From assembly GCA_021463645.1 (NCBI GenBank), contig JAJTYI010000009.1:189269-253268 (forward strand): 64,000 nucleotides of DNA, written 5' to 3'. Position 1 is the first letter of the stretch. Each line of letters opens with the position of its first letter. The notes beneath the pieces are model-generated. The model saw only the letters and a list, made by a program, of their open reading frames with translations, ran no database searches and was not told the origin of the DNA. Source of the stretch: a bacterium (lineage in GTDB: Bacteria > Patescibacteriota > Dojkabacteria > B142 > OLB20). The translations under genes and the position numbers were made by a program. This document shows, piece by piece, positions 26,282-36,408 of the stretch.

Positions 26282-26758
26282 TTAAACCAACATCATATCA
26301 GGAACATCAGGCAAACTATCAATACCTGCAAATTCTTTTAAAACAATTATTCGAATTCCATTTGGAAGAGTAGGAGAGACCATTTCTGATTGACCTCCGA
26401 TACTTTCACAATCATCTTCTATCAGTATAGTAGGTTGAATTCGTTTAACAAGATCAGAATATTCTTCCTTATCAACTCGATATGCTAGATTTTCAGGATT
26501 CGGAAAATTATATTTTTTTAGTACAATTGATATTTTATCAACTTGATCACCCGTTCTTGAAGTTAAATAGTAAATCTCAGCACCTGCATTAACCCATGTT
26601 TTCAACTTTTTATTTGATTGGAAAATTGGTACATAATTAGCAAAATCTTTGACAGAAAATTCATTATTCAAAACTTGTTTTACTCTTTCCTCCCGTGACG
26701 CTTGCTGTGCAGACGAATGCATCAAAATTGTGCCTTCGGTAAAAAGCAGAATTCTCAT
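26282..26758 (-). CDS. Hypothetical protein
   Basis: 158 aa. Its start overlaps the FemAB stop by 4 nt (translational coupling). No recognisable motif. Confidence 0.5.
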   Translation of the reverse strand: MRILLFTEGTILMHSSAQQASREERVKQVLNNEFSVKDFANYVPIFQSNKKLKTWVNAGAEIYYLTSRTGDQVDKISIVLKKYNFPNPENLAYRVDKEEYSDLVKRIQPTILIEDDCESIGGQSEMVSPTLPNGIRIIVLKEFAGIDSLPDVPDMMLV

Positions 26759-27771
26759 AATTTCTTTAACTTAAGCTTCAATCTGCTCACAAACAAGCCA
26801 ACTCTATAATAAAAATAGGTGAGGGGATTGAACACCTTCACAAATTGAGGAAGATATTCAACATCTTCACCACCAAACCCTGCTTTAAACTCTGAAATTC
26901 TCGAAAGTGGATGTTTATGTTCATATACACCATCAACTTTCGGGGCAACACCCCATTGATCATAGGATTTCTTACCTAGCTCGATTGCATGTTTTATACC
27001 TTCCCATTTCAATAAATAATTCGCCATTATTGATCTCCCTGATTGACCAGTTCCACCGTAGAGCTCATATGCTACATTTTCATCGTAAAGGTACATAATT
27101 GAACCAACATCATTTCCATTGTATTTCACTAATAATATTTTCGCTTTTCCAATAGGACCAAATTCTTTCCAAATTTTCTCGAAGTAATCTTTTCCGGACA
27201 TGATGAATTTCGTTCGATGATATATTTCATCCATGATTTTGAAAAATCTATCTACTGCATTTTTATCATTGTCATAAGTCAGGACCTCGACCTCACATCC
27301 ATGCTTCACAGCCCTGCGAATCTTCTTTCGATAATTACCTGACATACGAGCAAAAACCGCTTCTTCACCTTCCTCCAACTTAATGATATTACTATTTTGA
27401 GGTTGGATAGTATGTCCTGCCTGAACCCACCCTAAGTCTAATAGTCTCTGTTTTGCTTCTACACTTGCAGTATCTGGTTCAAGTAGAACGTGGCTTAATC
27501 CTGCCTCATTTTTTAGGTATTTCTCGAGTTCCTGAAATTGATTATTACTGAATCTCACGGAACCTAATGCTCGGGGGATATAACCAAATTGCTTATTTAT
27601 GATTGGGAGTTTCTTTAATAATACTGTTAGAGGATAATTATCAACTTTTAATCTGAGAGGAACCCAACTTGGCTTTTTTATTTCTCCCCATTCCCAAGAT
27701 TGAAGAAAATTCAACTCATAATCCTGAGTATCTTCTAAGTATGAATCCCTGTCGTTTACTACGCTAACCAA
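26755..27771 (-). CDS. FemAB-family peptidoglycan interpeptide-bridge aminoacyltransferase (aa-tRNA dependent, FemX/MurM-like)
   Basis: 'NFLQSWEWGEIK', 'AVFARMSGNYRKKIRRAVKHGCEVEV' and 'YELYGGTGQSGRSIMANYLLKWEGIKHAIELGKKSYDQWG' match PF02388 signatures. Confidence 0.7.
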   Translation of the reverse strand: MVSVVNDRDSYLEDTQDYELNFLQSWEWGEIKKPSWVPLRLKVDNYPLTVLLKKLPIINKQFGYIPRALGSVRFSNNQFQELEKYLKNEAGLSHVLLEPDTASVEAKQRLLDLGWVQAGHTIQPQNSNIIKLEEGEEAVFARMSGNYRKKIRRAVKHGCEVEVLTYDNDKNAVDRFFKIMDEIYHRTKFIMSGKDYFEKIWKEFGPIGKAKILLVKYNGNDVGSIMYLYDENVAYELYGGTGQSGRSIMANYLLKWEGIKHAIELGKKSYDQWGVAPKVDGVYEHKHPLSRISEFKAGFGGEDVEYLPQFVKVFNPLTYFYYRVGLFVSRLKLKLKKL

Positions 27772-27873
27772 GTGTATATGTTAATCAATTGATGTTATCA
27801 CAGTCGAAAGTTAAAAGTAAGATTTTATTAAGACTTGATAAATGGGTATAATATTAAATATTATAATTTCCAA

Positions 27874-28092
27874 ATGAGAAAATTTGTTCCCGGTCAATAC
27901 CGACATTATAAAGGCAAGAAATACCTTGCTCTTGGATTAGCCAAGCACAGCGAATCATTGGAAGATTTAGTTGTTTACATTTCACTTTATGAAAACGAAA
28001 CTTCCCAGTTATGGGTCAGACCTTTGGATATGTTTTTGGAAGAGGTGGAAATAGAAGGAAAAAAGAAGCCACGATTCGAATTTATTTCATAG
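27874..28092 (+). CDS. DUF1653-family protein
   Basis: 'QYRHYKGKKYLALGLAKHSESLEDLVVYISLYENETSQLWVRPLDMF' matches DUF1653. Start moved to the ATG at 27874 (track uses TTG 27835). TATAAT boxes at 27847 and 27862. Confidence 0.55.
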   Translation: MRKFVPGQYRHYKGKKYLALGLAKHSESLEDLVVYISLYENETSQLWVRPLDMFLEEVEIEGKKKPRFEFIS

Positions 28093-28104
28093 GAGATAAT
28101 TCAA

Positions 28105-28797
28105 ATGTACGTTGACCAAACAAAAAAGAAGAAAATAATTATTGTGTTTTTGCTTTTGTATTTCTTCACACTTGGGCTTACAACCGCACTTGTGAAATTC
28201 TATCAATCGAAAGTCGAATCTTATGCTAACATCACTTCAGATAATACCGAAATTACTGCACATGGCAATAGACCTAATCTCGAAATCCTTGGTATTTATA
28301 ATTCAGTTACACTAACACCAACACCCATTAACAACCCAGACAATATTGCGCAAGTTAAAAATAATTCTGCACAGAAATCTACTAATACAATCGTTCAAAA
28401 CAATCCTGTTTCTATAGACAAAAGTGAAATTTATACTTTGGTAAATGAATACAGGAAATCTAAAGGTCTAGAAGAAGTCGTAGTAGACTCGAGGCTTGAA
28501 ACTAGCTCCTTGAATAAGGCGAATCACATGGTCACAAATAATTATTTTGATCACGGTAATCCTTGGTTATTTATTAGTGACGCAGGATATAAATTCAAAT
28601 ATGCCTCAGAAAACCTAGCCGTAAATTACTATTCAAGCTCTTCTATAATCAGAGGTTGGAAGGAGAGTCCTAGTCACAACAGAGCAATGCTCGATAATAG
28701 GAACCAACATATGGGATTTGCATATTTATGTGAGATAAACATATCCTCATACGAGAATACATGCCTCGCCGTTATTCACTTTGGAAGTGAAAATTAA
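28105..28797 (+). CDS. CAP/SCP/PR-1-like (YkwD-family) secreted protein with N-terminal TM anchor
   Basis: 'VNEYRKSKGLEEVVVDSRLETSSLNKANHMVTNNYFDH' and 'ENLAVNYYSSSSIIRGWKESPSHNRAMLDNRNQHMGFAY' match the CAP-domain pattern. Confidence 0.65.
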   Translation: MYVDQTKKKKIIIVFLLLYFFTLGLTTALVKFYQSKVESYANITSDNTEITAHGNRPNLEILGIYNSVTLTPTPINNPDNIAQVKNNSAQKSTNTIVQNNPVSIDKSEIYTLVNEYRKSKGLEEVVVDSRLETSSLNKANHMVTNNYFDHGNPWLFISDAGYKFKYASENLAVNYYSSSSIIRGWKESPSHNRAMLDNRNQHMGFAYLCEINISSYENTCLAVIHFGSEN

Positions 28798-28832
28798 CAT
28801 TCTGTTATAATTCTGAAATTAATAATTTTCAA

Positions 28833-30647
28833 ATGAAGAAATCCGAATTAAATCTGGCCAAAGGAGTAGTGTGGGATTTAGGCAATCTATATAAAGGTAT
28901 AGACGACCCCAGAATTACACAAGACCTGAAAGAAATCGACATCAAATCTAATCAATTTGAAAAAAACTACAGGGGTAAAATCTCAGAGGGAAAACTTACC
29001 CCCCTTGAATTGAAAGAGTCAATAATTTTATACGAAGATATTCTCACCTCTGTTGCCTCATATGGATCCTTCGCCGGTTTACTTCAGGCAAAAGATTCGG
29101 TCACGGATAAGATTAATCACTTCTATCAAAAAGCGGATGAGTATACGAATACAATCTCTAATAAATTGATGTTCTTTGAGTTAGAAATCCTCGAAATCCC
29201 AGAGAACTCAATTAACAAATATCTTGAAAGTCCTGAATTAGAAAATTATAAACAATTCCTTACAAGAATCCTGAAGTTTAAAAGCCATACATTAAAAGAA
29301 AACGAGGAAATAATTATTAATAAAAAGAATCAAACTGGTGCAAGTGCATTTATAAGACTTTATGATCAAATTAGTGCAGAGCTTGAATTCCCATTAGAGA
29401 TTGATAACAAGATCAAGAATTACAACTATTCTGAAATAACGAATATTCTTTCTGGCAATAAAGATAGAGGGCTTAGAGAATCTTCTGCAAAATCGATCAC
29501 AAGTGTCTATAAAAAGAACGCACGTACGTTTGCCTTTATTTTGAACACCCTAGTACACGACAAAAAAATTACAGATGATATTCGAAGTTATAAATTCCCT
29601 CAAGAATCCACCTTCCTAAGCGATGAGGTTGATGCCAAAACTGTTGAATCAATGACGGATACCATTAAGGCAAACTATGACCTGAGTGAGAAGTTTTATA
29701 TAACTAAAAGTAAAATTCTCGGTAAAGAACTCTTTGAGTGGGATCGTTATTCAATCATATATCCTGAGGTTGAAGAACCAGTTTATACATATGAAAAAGC
29801 TAAGAATTTAATTTTAAACGCTTTTATGGAATTCTCACCTGTTTTTCACGAAATCGCGAAAAAATTTTTCGACAATAACTGGATTGATGCAGAACTTTCA
29901 AAGGGCAAGAAATCGGGAGCCTTTTGTGCATACACTGTGCCTTCGAAAAACCCCTACATCCTTACAAATTTCACGGGAAAGGCAAATGATGTACGAACCT
30001 TAGCTCACGAACTTGGTCATGCGATACATGGATATTTGAGTAGAGAGCAGACATTATTGAATTTTTGGCCTGTGACACCATTCGCTGAGATTGCGAGCAT
30101 TTTCTGCGAAAACCTAGTTTTTAGGAAAATTTTCGAATCAACCCATGACAATAAACAAAAGATAAATTTACTCGGTGGAAGATTACAAGAAATCTTCGCT
30201 ACGATTTTCAGACAGAATGCCTTTTATCTGTATGAATCAGAACTACATAAACTCAGGAGAGAGAAGGGTGAACTCAGCGTAGATGAATTCAGCGAAAATT
30301 TCCAAAAATTCTTACAACCTATGTTTGGAGAAGGTTTAAAGTTATCCGAAGGTCATAAATATTGGTGGATAGCAATTGCTCATTTCTATCATTACAATTT
30401 TTATGTCTTCTCTTACGCTTTCGGACAATCATTGAGTAATGCATTATATGGTCATTACCTTGATGATGGAGATGATTTCACGGATAAATATATCGAAGTA
30501 TTAAAAAAGGGTAGTTCTATAGAATTAAACGAATTGATAAAAATGCTTAATGTCGACATTCATCGACAAAGTTTTTGGGATGAAGGGTTAGAACCAATTT
30601 CAGAATATATTAAAGAGTTTGAAAATCTTACTAAACTCGAATTATAA
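28833..30647 (+). CDS. pepF: Oligoendopeptidase F (M3B family)
   Basis: Zinc motif 'HELGHAIHGY' (HExxH). 604 aa, M3-like length and helical composition. Confidence 0.85.
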   Translation: MKKSELNLAKGVVWDLGNLYKGIDDPRITQDLKEIDIKSNQFEKNYRGKISEGKLTPLELKESIILYEDILTSVASYGSFAGLLQAKDSVTDKINHFYQKADEYTNTISNKLMFFELEILEIPENSINKYLESPELENYKQFLTRILKFKSHTLKENEEIIINKKNQTGASAFIRLYDQISAELEFPLEIDNKIKNYNYSEITNILSGNKDRGLRESSAKSITSVYKKNARTFAFILNTLVHDKKITDDIRSYKFPQESTFLSDEVDAKTVESMTDTIKANYDLSEKFYITKSKILGKELFEWDRYSIIYPEVEEPVYTYEKAKNLILNAFMEFSPVFHEIAKKFFDNNWIDAELSKGKKSGAFCAYTVPSKNPYILTNFTGKANDVRTLAHELGHAIHGYLSREQTLLNFWPVTPFAEIASIFCENLVFRKIFESTHDNKQKINLLGGRLQEIFATIFRQNAFYLYESELHKLRREKGELSVDEFSENFQKFLQPMFGEGLKLSEGHKYWWIAIAHFYHYNFYVFSYAFGQSLSNALYGHYLDDGDDFTDKYIEVLKKGSSIELNELIKMLNVDIHRQSFWDEGLEPISEYIKEFENLTKLEL

Positions 30648-30675
30648 CCAAAAACTTAGTTCCAAATTCATTTAC

Positions 30676-30704
30676 TTGAAGTTATAAGCTGACATGCCTA
30701 TAAT
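30676..30704 (+). promoter_or_regulatory. sigma70 promoter TTGAAG-17-TATAAT for tyrS
   Basis: TTGAAG 30676-30681, TATAAT 30699-30704. The tyrS ATG at 30728 follows 24 nt downstream. Confidence 0.5.
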
Positions 30705-30727
30705 CAAATGATTGATAGATAAATCAT

Positions 30728-31951
30728 ATGCAAATAAATACAGATTCAAATAGTATTAATAAATTCCTAGATCACAAGATAGATCAAATCTATCCATCCT
30801 CCGAAGAACTTAGGAAGAGATTGGAATCAGGCGAACGATTAAAATTCTACATAGGTGCTGATGCTACTGGACCAAACCTGCATCTTGGACATTTGATTCC
30901 AATTCTCAAGCTTAAGGAATTGCAACAAATGGGTCATGAAATAATATTTTTAGTAGGGGATTTCACTGCAAGACTAGGGGACCCAACAGATAAGTCGGAA
31001 ACACGTAAATTGCTCTCAAAAGAAGAAGTCGAAGAAAATTCCAAAGAATACCAAAAGCAAATTGCAAAATATATCGACTTTGAAGGTTCTGACAATCCTG
31101 CTCGAATTGTATTTAATTCTACATGGAATGAGAAACTATCTTTAAGTGACGTTATTAAACTCGCATCTCACACCACAGTCCAGCAAATGCTTGAGCGGGA
31201 TATGTTCGAAGAAAGGATAAAAAGTAATAAGCCAATTTTTCTTCATGAATTCCTTTATCCTCTTATCCAAGGTTATGATTCTGTGGAACTTGAGGTTGAT
31301 GGTGAGTTCGGAGGTAGAGATCAGACTTTTAATATGTTGATGGGAAGGACTTTGATGAAAGCCTACAAGAACAAAGACAAGTTCGTTCTAACAACTCACT
31401 TCCTACTTTCTGCGGATGGTGTTAATAAAATGAGCAAGAGCATCGGAAACTGTATCTTCATAAACGATAGTGCTGAAACGAAGTATGCTAAGGTGATGAG
31501 CATTCCTGATGATTTAATCATCCATTACTACAAACTTGCTACAAACAAAACTCTCGAAGAAATTGAAGTTATTGAAAATCGCCTAAAAACCGAAAATGAT
31601 CCGATGAAGATCAAAAAAGAACTTGCTTATGAAATCACCGAAATTCACGAAGGTGAAGAACCAGCAAAAAGAGCAGAGCAATTCTTCACTAATACCGTAC
31701 AAAATAATTTAGCACCTGAGACAACAGACACATTTTCTGTATCAAATTTTTCAAGTGACACCCCAACACTTAAGGAAATAATAACATCAACAAACTCTGT
31801 TGAAAGTAATGCAGAAGCAAAAAGATTGATCAGAGCGAACGCAGTGGAGATAAATGGAGAAGTTGAAACTGATATAAATAAACAATTTGAACGAAAAAAC
31901 CTTCAATTCCTACGAGTAGGGAAGAAATTTTGGATTAAATTTATTGATTAA
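30728..31951 (+). CDS. tyrS: Tyrosyl-tRNA synthetase
   Basis: HIGH motif 'LHLGHL', KMSKS 'KMSKSIGN', C-terminal S4-like domain 'AKRLIRANAVEINGEV'. Confidence 0.9.
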   Translation: MQINTDSNSINKFLDHKIDQIYPSSEELRKRLESGERLKFYIGADATGPNLHLGHLIPILKLKELQQMGHEIIFLVGDFTARLGDPTDKSETRKLLSKEEVEENSKEYQKQIAKYIDFEGSDNPARIVFNSTWNEKLSLSDVIKLASHTTVQQMLERDMFEERIKSNKPIFLHEFLYPLIQGYDSVELEVDGEFGGRDQTFNMLMGRTLMKAYKNKDKFVLTTHFLLSADGVNKMSKSIGNCIFINDSAETKYAKVMSIPDDLIIHYYKLATNKTLEEIEVIENRLKTENDPMKIKKELAYEITEIHEGEEPAKRAEQFFTNTVQNNLAPETTDTFSVSNFSSDTPTLKEIITSTNSVESNAEAKRLIRANAVEINGEVETDINKQFERKNLQFLRVGKKFWIKFID

Positions 31952-31958
31952 ACATAAA

Positions 31959-32090
31959 ATGGCAAAAATCAAAAGCATATTAAGAACATCATACAAAAAA
32001 AATATCACGTTATTGAAATGGATATTTTCGATTGTAGTCATACTAGGGATAGTAGTCGTACCAATACTTTCCGCAGTTCTAAGTATTTAA
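31959..32090 (+). CDS. Candidate 43-aa single-pass membrane peptide
   Basis: MAKIKSILRTSYKKNITLLKWIFSIVVILGIVVVPILSAVLSI. Fills the tyrS-recG gap exactly. Below the ORF-track size cutoff. Confidence 0.25.
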   Translation: MAKIKSILRTSYKKNITLLKWIFSIVVILGIVVVPILSAVLSI

Positions 32091-32093
32091 AAA

Positions 32094-34049
32094 ATGCATC
32101 TTACTGATAATATAAATAGCTTGCCCGGTGTAGGGTATAGATATGCTGCACTGTTATCCCTATTAGGAATTGAAACTGTTAAGGACCTCCTAAATTACTT
32201 CCCATCGTATTATAAAGACTCATCCACTGTAGGTATGTTGTCAGAATTGGACAAAATCCAGAAGAGGACCGTAAATGCCACTCTGGTAAAATTAAAAAAT
32301 ATTCGCCTTAGAAATGGAAAGTTTATCCAAAAAGGAACGCTGACTGATGGGGAAGTTGAACTAAATGTTACCTGGTTTAACCAACCGTACCTCACAAAGT
32401 CATTAGTTCCACCAATAGATTTACTTATTAGTGGTAAATTAAACCCCAAAAGCACAAAACCTGAATTAACTTCTCCTGAATACGAAATTGTTAGAAGCGG
32501 TGATTATGAAAATATTCATATTGGCAGAATCGTGCCTGCATATCCTCTTACAAAAGGTATCACATCAAAATGGTTGAGGGTAAAAATTAAATATCTAATA
32601 GATAACATAGATCAAATTGAAGATCTCGTAGACCAGTTACCACTTATCATCAGAGAGAAATACAAACTTCTCGAGCTTACCGACGCATTAAAATTTATCC
32701 ATTTCCCCCAAGAAAGCAAGGATATCACCGAGGCAAGAAGAAGACTTGGCTTTGATGAATTACTTAATATCCAAAAAATACTAATTGAAAATAGCCTTAA
32801 GATAAAGACTCAACCAGCTTTTAGTATCTCCATAAATAATGGAACAATGGAGAAGATTAAAACCAAACTGCCATTCACACTTACCGAAAGTCAGAATACC
32901 ACGATTGAAGAAATCCATAACGATATTGGCAAACCTCATCCTATGAGAAGACTTCTCCAAGGAGATGTAGGTAGTGGAAAGACCATTGTTGCACTTTTAG
33001 GACTGCTACCAGTGTTGGAGAATGGGTATCAAGTTGTTTTACTTGCACCTACAGGGATTCTTGCTCAACAACATTATCAGAGCATTTCGAAATTACTAGA
33101 TAAGAAATACAAAATTAGTCTGATAACAAAAGAGACTTACAATGAACTTGAAACAAAAAGTCAATTACTCATTGGAACACATGCCATACTTAAGCACAAA
33201 AGTGAATTGATTCATAATCTGGCAATGGTGATTATTGACGAACAACATAGATTTGGAGTTGAACAGAGAAGAGAGCTTCTTGAACTTAAATCGAATAACA
33301 AAGTTCCTCACCTCCTTCAGCTCACAGCAACACCAATCCCACGAACCGTTGCATTGACGTTATTTGGTGACTATCAAGTAAGTAAGATTTATCCACCAAA
33401 GGAAAGAAAAATGATACGCACATTTTTGGTCCCGGAGCAAAAACGAGCAGACTCTTATGATTGGATAAAGAACGTCGTAAACAATAAAGGGCAGGCATTT
33501 TGGATTTTCCCAGCGATTGAAGAATCTGAGAAGATGCAAATTAAGAACCTAGAACAATCATATCCAATTATAGAAAAACTGTTCAATGAATTTCAATCCG
33601 ATGTCATTCATGGGAAAATCAAAGCAGATATAAAAGATAAAAAAATTGAACAGTTTGCCAAAGGGAAAACACAAATTCTGGTTTCAACAACTGTTGTAGA
33701 AGTTGGAATAGATATCCCAGGTGCAAATCTCATAATAATTGAGTCTGCAGAACGCTTTGGACTAGCCCAGTTGCATCAATTGAGGGGTAGGGTAGGTCGT
33801 AATAATCAAAATGCATGCTGTTTGTTGTATTTCAATGAAAATAAAGAAGAAGTACGTAATAGACTAGAATTCTTTGCAAAAAACACAGATGGCATTAAAA
33901 TAGCAGAGTACGATTTAAATAGAAGAGGACCTGGAGAAGTTTACGGAATTCAGCAGTCGGGTCTTCCAAACTTGAAAATCGCTAGATTTAGTAACCTGGA
34001 ACAATTAAAGCAAGTTCAAGAAGCATCTGAAATTTTATATAGAAAGTAA
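32094..34049 (+). CDS. recG: ATP-dependent DNA helicase RecG
   Basis: N-terminal wedge region, Walker A 'GDVGSGKT', 'DEQHRFGV', 'LTATPIPRT', 'LHQLRGRVGR'. Confidence 0.9.
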   Translation: MHLTDNINSLPGVGYRYAALLSLLGIETVKDLLNYFPSYYKDSSTVGMLSELDKIQKRTVNATLVKLKNIRLRNGKFIQKGTLTDGEVELNVTWFNQPYLTKSLVPPIDLLISGKLNPKSTKPELTSPEYEIVRSGDYENIHIGRIVPAYPLTKGITSKWLRVKIKYLIDNIDQIEDLVDQLPLIIREKYKLLELTDALKFIHFPQESKDITEARRRLGFDELLNIQKILIENSLKIKTQPAFSISINNGTMEKIKTKLPFTLTESQNTTIEEIHNDIGKPHPMRRLLQGDVGSGKTIVALLGLLPVLENGYQVVLLAPTGILAQQHYQSISKLLDKKYKISLITKETYNELETKSQLLIGTHAILKHKSELIHNLAMVIIDEQHRFGVEQRRELLELKSNNKVPHLLQLTATPIPRTVALTLFGDYQVSKIYPPKERKMIRTFLVPEQKRADSYDWIKNVVNNKGQAFWIFPAIEESEKMQIKNLEQSYPIIEKLFNEFQSDVIHGKIKADIKDKKIEQFAKGKTQILVSTTVVEVGIDIPGANLIIIESAERFGLAQLHQLRGRVGRNNQNACCLLYFNENKEEVRNRLEFFAKNTDGIKIAEYDLNRRGPGEVYGIQQSGLPNLKIARFSNLEQLKQVQEASEILYRK

Positions 34050-34052
34050 ATT

Positions 34053-34835
34053 ATGACAATTTTTCAATCTATAATATTAGGAATTGTACAAGGAATCACA
34101 GAGTTCTTACCTATTTCGAGTTCAGCGCATTTGGTATTAATTCCCGAGTTATTTAATTGGGGTGAACATTCACTAACCTTTGACATCGTAGCACACGCCG
34201 GGACATTGCTTGCGATAATCATATACTACAGAAAACGCCTTATATCGATTTTCAAATCTTTACTAGAACACCGAAAAGAATGCAAATATACGAAATTAAT
34301 TATCAATTTAATACTCACCACCATACCCACAGTAATCATTTACTTTTTATTGAATGACCTGATTGAAAGTACACTAGGAAGTACGCGGGTTATTCAGTTC
34401 ACGTTAATTATTGGAGGTATTTTGTTACTTATTGCAGATATTTATTCGAAAAGAAATAAAGAAACTGCTCAAATTACCCATTTATCTGCAACTTTAGTCG
34501 GGGTAGGGCAGGGTTTAAGCTTGATCCGTGGAATGTCTAGGTCCGGGACTATGTTGACTCTAGGTTTATTCTTCAAAATAGAGAGGAAAAAACTCGTTGA
34601 ATATGTTTTCCTTGCAAGTATTCCTATAATTTCGGCAGGTTTACTTTTGAAATCCATAGAATATGTAGGTAATCCGACAGGGGAGGGGATTGCAATTTTA
34701 TTTTTTGGCTTTTTAAGTTCCTTTTTAAGCGGAATATTCGCAATTAAATTACTGAACAAACTAATCGATAAAAACATCATAATGATAAGTGCCATCTACA
34801 GAATCATATTAGCTTTACTATTAATACTGATATGA
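34053..34835 (+). CDS. uppP: Undecaprenyl-diphosphatase (BacA/UppP)
   Basis: 'GIVQGITEFLPISSSAHLVL' and 'SRSGTMLTLGL' are UppP signatures. Multi-TM. Confidence 0.85.
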   Translation: MTIFQSIILGIVQGITEFLPISSSAHLVLIPELFNWGEHSLTFDIVAHAGTLLAIIIYYRKRLISIFKSLLEHRKECKYTKLIINLILTTIPTVIIYFLLNDLIESTLGSTRVIQFTLIIGGILLLIADIYSKRNKETAQITHLSATLVGVGQGLSLIRGMSRSGTMLTLGLFFKIERKKLVEYVFLASIPIISAGLLLKSIEYVGNPTGEGIAILFFGFLSSFLSGIFAIKLLNKLIDKNIIMISAIYRIILALLLILI

Positions 34836-35320
34836 AGAATTTCCCTGTCAAAGTATTACTCGAAGATATTCGATCTGCGTTCAATGTCGGTTCAATTTTT
34901 CGTACTTCAGATGCAGCAGGAATAGAAGAGTTAATTCTTACAGGGATTACACCGTACCCACCTCACAATAGAATACCTAAGACAGCCTTAGGAGCGACGG
35001 AATCGGTTAAATGGCAATATATCCCAGATAAAATAAAAGCTATTGAGTATTGCCAAGAAACGACAGAAATAATAGGCGTTGAAATAACAGATGACGCTGT
35101 GAGCTACTTCGAGACAGACTTTAGAAAACCTATTACTCTTGTTTTTGGAAACGAAATCTCTGGAGTGAGTCAAGATTTATTAAGTAAATGTAAAAAAGTG
35201 GTTAAAATCCCTATGCATGGCACCAAACACTCACTAAATATTGCTACTAGTTACGGCATAGTGGTATACGAGATAGTCCGCCAATGGACCATTCCCACAA
35301 ATTCGCGCGAAAACAACTAA
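34832..35320 (+). CDS. SpoU-class RNA 2'-O-methyltransferase (TrmL/TrmH-like)
   Basis: 'NVGSIFRTSDAAGI', 'LVFGNEISGVS' and 'VKIPMHGTKHSLNIATSYGIVVYE' are SPOUT motifs. 162 aa, consistent with TrmL size. Confidence 0.7.
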   Translation: MKNFPVKVLLEDIRSAFNVGSIFRTSDAAGIEELILTGITPYPPHNRIPKTALGATESVKWQYIPDKIKAIEYCQETTEIIGVEITDDAVSYFETDFRKPITLVFGNEISGVSQDLLSKCKKVVKIPMHGTKHSLNIATSYGIVVYEIVRQWTIPTNSRENN

Positions 35321-35396
35321 CAACAAATCAATCCCAACTATGCAAATTACAAAAAACATGGCAAACGTGCTATAATAGAGCATATCCGTAACACCC

Positions 35397-35579
35397 ATGA
35401 ATAATTATAAAGTTTTGCACAACTTATCATTATTTTCATTACTAGCTTTTGTGGCATGCATCGCCATAATACTTACTGGTTTTGCTTTCAGATCTAATGT
35501 GATCTTTTCTACCGGTTTAGTATTGCTAGTGACAACTGTTCCGACATTAATTATATTAAGAGTAAGTTTATTCAATTAA
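35397..35579 (+). CDS. Small membrane protein (2 TM helices)
   Basis: 60 aa, strongly hydrophobic. Ends 3 nt before rsmD. Confidence 0.3.
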   Translation: MNNYKVLHNLSLFSLLAFVACIAIILTGFAFRSNVIFSTGLVLLVTTVPTLIILRVSLFN

Positions 35580-35582
35580 TTC

Positions 35583-36140
35583 ATGTCGAGAATTACTGCC
35601 GGAAATGCCAAAAACACCAAGTTATTGGTTGCAGATGGGATTACCAGGCCAATCACAGACAGAATAAAAATCTCCCTTTTCGACACCCTTAGTCCAGTAT
35701 TAGCAAATGCCAATTGTCTGGATTTGTTTGCAGGAAGTGGAGCAATTGGTCTCGAAGCACTTAGTCGTGGGGCGAAACATGTAACCTTTGTAGAGAATGA
35801 TTCCGAAGCAATTGAATTGATTTTAGAAAACGGAAAAAAAACTAACCTAGAGAATCAAATTGATGTGCTTGAGATGAGAGTTCAGGATTATCTGAAGAAT
35901 TGTAGGAATCGATTTGAACTAATTTTTATTGACCCGCCATTCCCATTAAAACTAGAGGAGAAATTAGAAGTTGTTAAATCATCATTAATGGTAACGAAAG
36001 TAGATGGTTACATTATTTTTAGATATCCGAGCAAAGAAATTTATCCCGAAACAATTAATATAAACGCATTAATTGGTCAGAATGTTTGGCAAAAGAAGTA
36101 CGGATTGAGTAAAATTACTATCTTTGAACGAACTAATTAA
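35583..36140 (+). CDS. rsmD: 16S rRNA (guanine966-N2)-methyltransferase RsmD
   Basis: 'RPITDRIKISLFDTL', 'LDLFAGSGAIGLEALSRGA' and 'IFIDPPFP' (DPPF) match the RsmD/N6-MTase signature. Confidence 0.8.
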   Translation: MSRITAGNAKNTKLLVADGITRPITDRIKISLFDTLSPVLANANCLDLFAGSGAIGLEALSRGAKHVTFVENDSEAIELILENGKKTNLENQIDVLEMRVQDYLKNCRNRFELIFIDPPFPLKLEEKLEVVKSSLMVTKVDGYIIFRYPSKEIYPETININALIGQNVWQKKYGLSKITIFERTN

Positions 36141-36217
36141 GCTAAATGCGCAGGAATCATTTATTTTGCAATGCTTCTATGATAAAATAGTTCGAGTTTA
36201 TTGATTAATATAGATAA

Positions 36218-36397
36218 ATGGGAGCATTACCAAAAAGAAAAATTTCGAAACAAAGAAAAAACCAAAGAAGGGCACACCATGCTCTTACTGAACCTACACT
36301 TACAACTTGTAAAGAATGTGGTTCAAAACGACTTACACACAATGTTTGTCCGAAATGTGGCACATTCAAAGGTGTAAAAGTATTAAAAGTTAGTTAA
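36218..36397 (+). CDS. rpmF: 50S ribosomal protein L32 (zinc-ribbon type)
   Basis: 'MGALPKRKISKQRKNQRRAHHALTEPTLTTCKECGSKRLTHNVCPKCG' has the L32 N-terminal motif and a CxxC...CxxC ribbon. 59 aa, below the ORF-track cutoff. Confidence 0.8.
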   Translation: MGALPKRKISKQRKNQRRAHHALTEPTLTTCKECGSKRLTHNVCPKCGTFKGVKVLKVS

Positions 36398-36408
36398 ATA
36401 TACAATCT

